From positions 20,708,001 to 20,772,000 of the forward strand of contig CM060732.1 of the NCBI GenBank assembly GCA_030704615.1: a DNA stretch of 64,000 bases. Reading direction: 5' to 3'. Shown here one piece after another: positions 49,346-60,800 of the stretch. Origin of the DNA: Takakia lepidozioides (lineage: Eukaryota > Plantae > Bryophyta). The position numbers and the translations under genes are program-made. Each line of letters starts with the position of its first letter. The stretch's first letter is position 1. The notes below the pieces were generated by a model that saw only the letters and a program-made list of their open reading frames with translations, searched no databases and was not told the DNA's origin.

Positions 49346-51882
49346 CTCCAATATATAAATATTTTCACCTTCCAACAAAGGCAGGGCTGGGCCTGGGGAT
49401 GAAAGACACAATTAAAATAAATAAATTGGCTTCCTTGGGGAGGGGTCATCCTTTTTCTTTTGGTAACTTTGATCGGCATCGCCTCTCTCTATATTCTTAT
49501 GTGTTGAAAAATCATACTCCAAAATTTAGACAAATTTGTGATGTTTCACCTATCATTTCGAAACCGTAAAGCACACACTATTTTTGTGGTCGGAAATTGT
49601 CTTTACTACTAGCTGTGGCTCACTAGTGGGTCTGTCAGTGCTACACTTCGAATGACAATTGTCACATTATCGGGATCTGCCAAGAACCGCTGCCAATCTC
49701 AGCTATTTCGATAGGATCCAAGGATCACAACTGACTTGTGCCACTCTATTCGTCCACTAAATTCATATCCTCGGCGACTTCATCGAATTCGGAACTAGGT
49801 ACCTGTGCAGTCCAATGGAGTGGAAAAAGACAGTGAAAATTAGAAATAATACTAGAAAAACGAGGGTGTGGCGGATGTACCTGGACACCAAAACATCCCG
49901 CGCAGTCCAAAAGCGGCTACGTAGTCGACCGCAGACACAACCTCGCTGCCCGGCTTTTTTCTTTAAAACAATAAATTAAAATAAAATAATGTTTTGTTTC
50001 TAGGAACACAATTATACTGGAATATCTCCATACAGCCAGTCATTTCTCCTTTCCGTTATCTTGGTCATAATCCTTCACTGCTGTAAAACTAAGACACTTG
50101 CATAAGCGTTTTCGTAAAAATGATCAATAATACAAATTGTAAGGGTAGGTAGATTTACAATTTCATCAGTTTTATTATCATTAAAATCTTACTAGAAATA
50201 TTAAATAGAGCAGCTCCGGCGTTTTATAATCTTTTCCAAAAAAAAAAGAAAGGAGCAAAAGAACACATAATCCGGCCTGGATTTTCAAATTTCCAATGGC
50301 TCCTCTAAAGAGAAGACTATGCATGAGTGGCAAAATCTGTGTGCCTAATGGCTTATCTGAAAGGGGGTTATTTTTTCCTCCTCCTCACTGAAGGGCCTGA
50401 ATTGTGAGCAGTCGCTCCCAGGTTTCCTTTATAAATAAATAAATAATCTTTAAGCCCCTTTTGTGTTTCCCGGATGTGACCTTCCATGATGTGTCTTCTC
50501 CAGGTAACACCTCCCTAACATCTATGTTACTGAACAATTTCTGAAGAATAAATGGATGAATTTTTAAGTTTACTATGGATGAAAGTAGATTCCACTATTC
50601 ATAAGGAGGAGCCATTTTACGCTCATGCTTTGAGGCTCTCACTCTTTACTAACTGATAAGCATCATTAAAACCCAACAAAACTTAGGTTCTAACACAAAA
50701 TAGACCACTGGAGATTTACTCTTCAAACATACAGTGGAAATTACCTCCATAAAGGTAAACTATCTCGTTAGTTGAAATATTACTTGTATAATAATGTAAG
50801 ATAGCTTTGAGAAATGTATAACCTCCATAGAGGTAATGTCCCTCTCAAAGTGCTGCATTCAAAAACATTTTTTCTGTGGATTGGGCAGCAGGCACAGACT
50901 CGAGAAAAACCTACGACTTGGGAACTTAATGTCAGAAGAAAATAGGCCATGGGGCCTAATAGCGCGTCCATCCATCCCACTTGGCAATCAAATTTGTTTC
51001 ATTCATTCTCATTCTATCCATACTTGGCTCCTGTATTCATCCGCGTCTTCATCCAGCGCAGAAAGGGGGCCCTTGGTGTGCGCCCTGCAGAGCAGCAGCA
51101 GAGCAGCAACGAGTCAAAGAGACGACCCTCGCGCTCTCTCGGACGAGCAATGGCGATGATGCGGGATTAGGGAGGCTCCGCTTCCATGCGCAGCAGTAGA
51201 GGACTTTCCTGAGCTGGAGTTCTCTCGATTGGACGAATTTTTGAAGGTATGGCTGGGAAGTTATGGTAAGGAGTGTGAATGTCAGGTAGGTCATGTCTGT
51301 GCATGTGTTTCCATGGTTACTTCAGCTGACAGAGAGGCTTAAGATGGGAGGGATGAGATTTTGTTTGGCTCATTGTGAAGGAGGCGAGTTCTTGTGAGAA
51401 TGTGATGGTCCTTTGGTCGCTCTGAGTTATTTTCTCGTATCTCATTTCCCGTGACTATCCTCCCCGGTGGGATGTTGGTTCCACTCCGTTTCGTAATTTA
51501 TGTGGTTTTTTCCGGGTAGATAACTTGCCTTGCAGCTCTTAGTTATGAAATTACCTCATGCGAATTTTGCTAGGATACGCCTGGACAGGTGATGTATGCT
51601 CGTCCACAGCAGCTGTGGAATTTTCTCTGCGAAATTTTGGTGCAGAATTCATTGCACATGTAGTTCAAGAGACAGTCATGCTTGTAGGGGGATGAGATCC
51701 CTTGTATAGTCCTTATGATGACCTTAATTCCAAAGATTCCTTGGAAAGCTGCGCCACAGCGAGTGCGGGGTACCTTGTAATTTCGCCTCTGTTTGTCAAT
51801 TATAATGTGACAATCTCTTTCTCACCACATGACAAGTATCTTTGGTTGAGTCCTATGTGTCAGGTAGGAGTCCAGGGGGACT

Positions 51883-54800
51883 ATGGCATGGAATGATGTG
51901 GAGGAGGTGGATGCTGTCAAGGGAATATATTCAGTGTGTGGCAAGTTGTGGCTTGGTATGTGGCTCTGTCAAGCAAGAGTTGAGATTGCCAAGTACATTT
52001 TTGCAGCATTGATGTTTGGTCTGTTATGTTCTCTACCACAGTCTCTCTGCCTCGCATCCACTTGGCGCTCTGAAAAAAGCTAGTCCAACCTCACAATCAT
52101 GGGCCCCCTCTCTCCGGAGCTTTGGGCTCTGCAGCATTTTTCTATGGACTTAGGAGCACTTCACTTCCTCACACTGTCGTCAACACCATCCTGTGATTCT
52201 CTGAGCGCATACATTTGCAGCACAAACTAGCTTATAGTAGCCCCGAGGTTTTCTGCAATGCAGATAATTCAGTGGGTCAATGAAACCCTCATTATGTTTA
52301 GTCCACAATTGACTAGTTACTCTGGTTAGTACACACCCAGCAAAAGTCTTGAATTTGACCAAACCATTCAGTGATGATGTTCTTTGAAGGCTATCAGCAG
52401 TATAGTTGTCAGGTAAAATCTAAGCTACTTGATTTGAGATCGCAGTTTTCTGATGTGGCATGTGTCCGAAAATTGGTGCTCCAGTGGGTCCCAGATACGC
52501 ATTGCAGGCACATATAGGGTCGGGATCCTATGGTGATGTTTGTAGAGCAATTGACTTGGAATTTAATCAGGCGGTTGCTCTTAAGGTGCGTCGGCTCAAT
52601 AGCCTTTCATTTCTTCTTGTGCTTCAGGTTGAATTTTGAGGGTTTGCAATTGATGTTGCAATTCTTCAGACTGAGAAAGAACGCATGCTTGATGGATTGT
52701 GGTGGATTATTATAGACTAGGTTTTAGTAACCTGCAAAGTGGTTTCATATTGAACCAGTGGCTTGTGTGAGACAGAGGGTGCCGGATGTCTTTTATTGCC
52801 AAATGCTGGCCAAGCGAGTGTTGCGCGAGGTTTGCATCATGAGGCGTCTTTCCCATCCATTTATAATATTATGTAAGTTTTGGTGCAAAGCAAGGGCTTC
52901 AATCCCTCTGTATGGTTCTGATGGTCGCTCAGTGCTTTGAGTCTAAAGAAGGTGTTACCGAATGCATGCTGGTTTTGTCCAGTTGGGTACATCTGATTCG
53001 GGCAAGAGATGACATACTTGGACCTGGTGGTTGCAGTGACAAACGTGTTCACAACAAAAAATCTGGAGAAAAGTGACTCAACGGACTTGTACATTGCTAC
53101 TGAATTTGCTGAGCGGTGTGACCCTCAAACCTTCCACCATATAATTGCAGAAATTCCATGGGGGGGAAATATAACTATTGGACCGACTGCCAAGAGCACC
53201 ACTTTGCATCTCCTCTTCATTTGCCACCCACATGTAAATACACACGATTCCTCATAGTGACAGAATTGTAAGAATGCTTTGATCATTCTTGTGTGGTTTT
53301 GCTTTCAATTATTGCTGACTGGTTCACAGGTGGAGGCGACACTATTAGCTTCTTAAGTGTACCAGAGGTAGCGAAAACCAATACTTCATTTAGGAACGGT
53401 GTCTGCCCTAGAGCAGGCAGGATGAATCTGTGTGAAGTATATGGACTTAGTTGTGCGACAATCTTATTGACAGTTATAGCCTTGCCAGTAAGAGTCAAGA
53501 ATATTAAAAGCTTGTTTTGGGGCTGATTATCTACAGGAGTGATAACGAGGGGTTCAACCTATTTAATGAAATTTACAAGCCTTGCCTCCACAACGTATGA
53601 TCTGATGTTTTTGTGACAGCAGAGACCGATGCATTTCATGGTCAAGGTTTCAAAATAGCTGACACAAGTTTTATCCAACCATGGTGACTTTGGCAGTGGC
53701 GATATGTACCACCAAGTAGAGCCACCGACACCTGAAACTGTGAGACTGCTCACTTGGCAGTTGCTGGTGGCTGTCCGCTACATGCACTCTTGCCACGTGT
53801 GGCATAGGTATGTCCAAGTCTGTATGACTACATGGTTGTAAGTTACTGCATTTGTATTTGGGGGTTCTGGAACTGTACCTTTCATCCATAGAATTGGTCT
53901 GTAGTGTTTGTCTGGGAGGTGAGACTCAGATGTATTTTTGTTATTATATAATTTGCTCACAAGAAATTATATCCACAGGCCCATTGAACATAAAAGCTAT
54001 AAGAGAACCCAAAGGATATAGCGAAAGACCCCATTTATTACTCAGAAATTCACAGAGAAAAAAGTCAGGCGGAGGGAAGGGGGGGGGGAGCGGGGATGTG
54101 TAGAGAGGGGGGCAGTTGGACTGTTTGTTGACCCTTCACTGATTGGTTTTCTGGCCGTACTTATTGACAGGGATATCAAGTCCGAGAATGTTTTGCTGAC
54201 CTCCCGAATGCGTGTTAAACTGTGTGATTTTGGACTTGCTCGTTCAGCCCTGGAAGTAAGCCAACCCTAGTTCCCAACTTTCACTATGTTGTATTGCATG
54301 GAGGGTTTGTGGGAGATAGGAAGAAGGAAAATGAAATGGTCCATGGAAGAAAGCAACTTTGTAACATCCATTGGGGACCTTGACTCATGGGAGAATGTAC
54401 AACAGTAAACAACTATATATATTCATAAGACTTTGTTTGCTGTAGCCTTGTGGTCATAGACCCAGTTCACAGTTTGGACGGCTAGAAATATCTAGAGATA
54501 ATGTACTAATAAGATCGTTGTTTGCCGTAGCCTTGTGGCCATTGACCCCGCGCCCAGTTTGAGCGGAACACAGGAGACAGAAACTACCCTTGTCAGGGGC
54601 TGACGCCCGTAGTTTGACTACCTTGGAACAAACAATTGACGGAACCGTGAGGCAGATAGTAGAGGAACGTTTTATATGGTATCAAAGCCTCAGGTTGATT
54701 TGAATTTCTTATGAGCCAACTTTCTTATGGTTCTGGTAGCTCTAGGTTGGGATCCAAGAGTAGTACGTTTTATATTCCAGATATCCTTTAGAAATCCCTT

Positions 54801-57800
54801 TACACAAGCATCAATCTGCTGCGTGTGATTTGCCCAATAACTAGGCCCCAAAAGGGCCTGGGCTTTTGGCTCAGCCTCGAGATTTTCAAAGTTGGTAAAC
54901 AGATGTATAGGAACAAATCCCTTAATGGATTTGAAGAGGTCGTCTCTCTGGTGAGAGTAATATAAATATCTAGAGAGAATGTACTCATAAGACATTGGTT
55001 GCCATAGCCTTGTGGCCATTTACCCCATAAATAGAGAGAAATGAAATGAAATGGTACTTTACAACGTTCGCGGAAAGCTCATAGAGCTTATGGGACAAAA
55101 TGGAAGAAAACATGAGAGGAAACAAACCAGAGCCAAAAATAGAGAGAGAGAGAGAAATGAAATGAAATGAAATGGGGCTTTATAACGTTCACGGAAAGCT
55201 CAGAGAGAGAGAGAGAGATTGTACTCATAAGACGTTGTTTGCCGTAGCTTTGTGGCCATTGACCCCGCACCCAGTTTGAGCGGGAACAGAGAGAGAGAGA
55301 GAGAGAGAGGGATTATGTGTATGAAAAGCTGTGGTTCTTTGGATTGGTGTGTGCATGCAGGCCTCAAGTACCGTCGAGCCTCGGCCTACTGGTCGAAGGT
55401 CAGCAATGAGCAAGAAGCCTGTATTGGTCCGACAATACACCAAAACAGTACGCTTCTGTGTGTGTTTATTCCAAGACTGCAGTGATGTGCTGTGTTGTTG
55501 ATGTCTAGAGACATAGGATTTGATGTGACCAAGAGTAGCTGTAATTTCAGGCTTGCAAGTGATTGCACACTGGATAACTGGAGGGATAGTTTTACTGAAA
55601 TAGTAGCAAGATATTGATCTTGTTGTTAACCTCAATATGACCACCTTTCTATCTGCCTTGCTTCCAAGAAAATAGATTGGACCTTGACAGACAACACAAG
55701 CTCTCGATGTGTGTTTACTGGAAACAACACCTCATTCAAATTGAACTTTATCCAGTGGAGATCGTATGAACCGTTTTCTTTGTTGCTCCTGTCTTCAGGT
55801 AGAAACCATGCCAGGTGTAGAGTTTCAGCACTAGACCTTGTCTTCCCTGGATAAATTTCCAAGGAATGAGACTGACACCTACATGTAAAACTTTCTGTTG
55901 GTCCTGCCTGGAGGCAGGAACCATAGGGAGAGTTTTGGATGCAAAAACCCTTTTCCGGGGTTGATATGGTGGATGAATTTCGAGTAAGCATGCAGCTGTG
56001 CCAAGGCCAGACCTGCATGCACCATTCGACTTTACTGTGTGTACTCTCTAGTAACAGCGTTGGTACAGTCTGCTTTACTTCAGAGAATTTTATAGCTTTC
56101 AAACATTACTTAGTGAGACTCTACTCTCCCTTAAGATATTTGCTAACTGATTGGAAATTCCGTCATCCCCAGGTTGTTACACCAAGTCACCGTGCACCAG
56201 AGGTGGTAATGTCTCGAGGCCAGTATACCTCTGCCATTGATATGTAAGCTTTCTCAACTCCTATCCTTTAATGACCTTAATAGAAACGAATTCTATTGTG
56301 TATAGTAATAAAGAGCAATCCTTTAACAGACATTTGAGTATGTGTCTATGTTTAAGCGTGATTGGATCTTTGGTCTTCTTCTACTGTCTGTGCAGAGAAA
56401 GTTGAGAATTAGGAGCAGATTCCAATGGAGTTGGGAAAAGTTCCTATCTAGTTGTATTTGAGAGGAGACTTGCTGGTGAAGGCTATATCCTATCATAGCC
56501 AGCAGAGTGGAGTCTCCTCCCCACCGCTGCAAGCTTCTGTTCTCTAATGTTCAGAGAGAGACTGGCCACTATCATAGTAATTTGACTTTGTAATGCTATG
56601 CACATGATGACCATCTGATATATATAGGCTTAAAGTTGTCAACCTGAGGCTGTGGCATGTTTTATGTTTGGCCCTGTGGCAGATGGTCGGTGGGCTGCAT
56701 CTTCTGGGTGAGTTGCATGAGATGGCATTTCTTGCAGGCTTCGATGTTTTGGTGATGCATCTGCCTAGGAAAATGAATCTTGATTTTAGGCAGAAGGACC
56801 AATGGATTTGCATGGAGAGGTAACCTTGAGTTAGCAAACAGGAATAACCTTGAGCTTAGCGAGATACGTGAGGTTTATCCTTGTAACTTGATGCAGAGAC
56901 GTTGCTTTCTACTTGTGTTTGCTTTTTGTCAAATAATGCTTATGTCTACTGACAGAGCTCTGCCACTATGGTGAGCCTAATTAGGAACAGATTTATAACG
57001 ACTAATTTAGTTGGGTATAATGTTGAGATTACATTTTTTATTAGTTTCCTTGGTTTGGAACTGTGCAGGAACTTCTAATGAGGCAAATTTATACACAAAG
57101 GCCTGGCCCCCCGGCCAAGCCCCTATTTGGTGTGCGGTAAATCACTTTTCCTCTCTTTGTAGTATTTTTGCTTTTGTGAGGAAAGAGGGAGAGCAACCCA
57201 GTTTGAACTGTTGATAGGAATATGAGCTGCAGAACAGAAGTAGTCCTTGATACAGGCCCATGATGCAACCCTAACTACCAGGTAGTCTTCCCCAAAGAGA
57301 CGGGTCGACACTCGTACTTTCGGATGAGCTGTGCAACCAGAAAATCTGCTCCTTGTTATCTTCTGTTAAAATTATGCTGCTGATGTTATGACGTTTGCAG
57401 GGGTGAGCCAAACACACCATTGGATGGAGAAGTTTACGTAGACGATGGTGCCTCAGAGCTGCATGAACAGGTTCATTTCTTGCTCCTCCCTTCCTGTATC
57501 TCACTGTAGAAGTATTTTCTTGTACTTGCAGGTATTGTGGGAAGATGACTAAGCAGGTATTGATTTCATTCATTTTCATAGAGGTGATGAGCTTTTCCAG
57601 ATAAAACTGAGTTGATTGGATCAGGCGATTGGGGTCACAGCCATGTGATTGAAGCTATCCATGTGTGTGGTGGTCCAGCTGGATGTGATTTTTGATGTGA
57701 TAGGCACTCCCTGCTGGAAAGACATTGAGAGTGTGCCAAGTGAATCGTGGCGGGCATACCTCAAGCAAGTTCCGGGAAGAGTAAGTTCTCTCTGTTTGAT

Positions 57801-60800
57801 TTCTTGTCTCATGCTTACCTTTCTAATTCCTGTTGTCCTCCAAGTGTGCTCTCTTGCTAGTTTCCCTGTTAAGGAGAGGCAAACTTACTTAGTCCATGGT
57901 CAGTGCAGGCAGGGAACCTGGTTAAGCGGCTCTCAGGTGTAGTGGATGAAGATGCCCTTGACCTTTTGACACGAATGCTGGCATTTGATCCTTCGCGTCG
58001 GTGCACAGCTGATGAGGCTCTCTCCCACACTTATGTATGTATTTCTGGGCTGCCCGTCGTGCTCTTCAGTTAAGCAAGTTTCAGTATTCTCAGGTGAATG
58101 GCTGAATGTATGAGCAAGAGAGAAAGGAAGTGAAGAAACAAATGAAATGAAATGAAATGGTACTTTATAATGTCGCGGAAAGCTCAAAGAGCTCATGGGA
58201 CAAAATGGAAAAAAACACGAGAGAGGAGACAAAACCAAAGCCAAAAAGCAGCCCAAAAGCAACTACTGCTCAAGGGATTGTCTAAGGGTCAAACCCTCGT
58301 GCAGGTAAGCTACCAAGCATTTCTGATCCGGCTTCAGTGAGAGATTGAGTCCGACGGAATAGACAGTGGAATCTCCCACGAATCTCATAATACAGAGGGC
58401 AGTAAAAGATGTGTTCTTCAGTTTCAATTTCCTGGTTGCACCTGGTGCAAGCTGGGCATAGGCGGTCCTCATATTGCAGGTTTTCCCATCTGCCAGTCTC
58501 TATCCGTAGATTGTGGGAGCCCACCCACCCTGAACCGCCCTAATGCCCTCACGAGGGAAGGAGATAAAGGCGCCGAAACGTAATTGGGCTGCAAGATTCT
58601 ATCACCACGGAGAACCAAGAATGTCTCTCGATAGACATGGAGTTTTATTGTGAGGTTGGGTAGCTTCCAAGTTCTCCTGACATTTAGTTCCATAAGTTCT
58701 CTTCTAATGAGTCTGTTGCGATCCTGTTTGGATGTGATTTCCACCCCTTCTGGATTTTGTGGCAATAGCAAAGCAATAGAGAGTCCATTGCACTCAAAAA
58801 AACTGCACACTCAAGCATACCAAGAGTGCTTGAAACCTGCTGTTTTGAGCCTAATAGATGTTGCGAGGGGTCTTGCCACGAGCCCCTTGGGTGGAAGGGC
58901 TTGTGACCTTTTAAGAAAGATTGTAAGTCGGAAGAGGGCCTCAGTTTGAAGTGGCACGCAAGCAAACTCTGCACATAGGATGTGAGATGGAGTTGTGCCT
59001 CTGGCGCCAAGCATTACTTGGAGAAAAAATGACTGCAACGATTCCAGTTTTTTTTCCCACCAGGAAACTGGGACACCAGGTGCCCAGAACTCACAACCAT
59101 CAGTGGTCAAATAGCCACGTTTTGGTTGGTCGGTTCAAGCCTGTCACCACTCTTGAAGTGGGGGCGGATGATGCTCTTTGTCCACTCCGTTGGAAAGCCA
59201 TGTTGCACTGCTTCATTGAAGAGATGTGCTAAATGATAGGGCATTGCATATATCTGGGCTACAGAGTGAATTCATCAAGCACGCGGCAACAACATTAGCC
59301 CCCTTTTTATGCAGCAGGTGTGTGTGAGTGCGCAGTAGCAGCGTGGAGTCCCTATGGCTTAGGGTGCGCTAGGCTTGACTTATGTTTATGAGTGACAGTT
59401 TGTATGATGTAGTTGAGTACTTATCACTCGAGAGAGATGACTTCTTGCATTTTGTGTGTGCCAAATGTGAGTAATTTAGCACTTGTGTTTGTACGGAGTC
59501 TTAGTGGAAGCCAAGAGAGATGCCGCTCGGCGCAGCGTATGGTGTGATAAATATCTAGGTGGGTCCATTCTCTCTTTTGAGTTCGGGTGAGGTAGCCACC
59601 GTTTTGTTTTGAGCGCGTGGTTTGAGGTAATTCGGGAGGGGCCGAGCATGTGGCTATAACACTTTTCGTCATCAATTGTAATATGGATGTGAGGAGGGTT
59701 TCTGCTTCGAGCTAGGTAGATTCAGGGTGGTGGGAGAGGTTTGAGTTGGAGAGGATGTGGGATAGTTTTTGTATTAAGGTGGGGGCGGTTTAGTGGAAGT
59801 GTGTTTGGAATGCGGTGATATTGAGTAGGGGTAGTGGTGAGAGAATCCTGGGTTGGGGGGGTGGGGTGTGGACGTTGGGGATGGGTCGGAAAGGGACGAG
59901 TGAGGGGGGCAGAGAGAGAGATACAGGGTAGTGGTCGGAGTTACATAGTGGTCGGAGTTCCATAGACTGTCAATGTGTATGTGACTCATAAGAGATGGGG
60001 GGATCACCCCACGGGTTTTGAGATAGAAGCCGTCGATGAGGCTTAATGAAGAGTAGTTGAGTCCGCCTTGTCTAGAGCAGTGTTGATCAGTAGGAATGTA
60101 TTTGTGTTGATGTGTTGAAGTGAAGTTAGCCCATTCGTGGTCTGCTGGGGTAGGGGGTACAAGGTTGAGTGCGAAACACAAAACAAATCATTGATTAGTT
60201 TCTGCAAAGCGCTGGGAAACTTCTTGACTGCCTTGCTGCCATTGGCTGTGGTGAAGAAAGAGAAGTGGAGGGGTGTGGAGGTTATGGGAAAGGGAGATTA
60301 GCTTGGGGAGTGATACAATGACTGAGCATACTCGTGCCAAACGTGAATGTCAGTGATTTGGGGTGGGTCTCTATGAGGTTTAAGGAGGGACCACAAGGAA
60401 CGAGGAGAAAGCCTGACCTTTGCGAGGAAAGTAGATTGCAGCTTGAGAGTGTAGGCTCTCTTTTTGGATCTAATGCGGGACCTATAGTGCTTGAGAGCTA
60501 GGTTTTTGGACTCTGGAGAAGAATGGATATGAAGGAGCATAGATTTGATGTGACGTCTAGCAATTTTGCATTAAAATGGTGCATATTTATGAGTGGAGAA
60601 AGGTGAGGAGGTAGAATGGAGGGTGACTGGGAAGGATTGCAAGGCTGAGTCCCAAAGAGCATGTGTGAGATAGGAAGCCTTGTCATTAGTAGATGCTAGA
60701 TTCATGATGGAGGGGAGGATTGACGCTAGGCATGTTTCGTATTCGGCATCGTACGAGTGAGTGAAGGGAGTATTGAAGTGAATACGTGGGTGTGAAAGGA

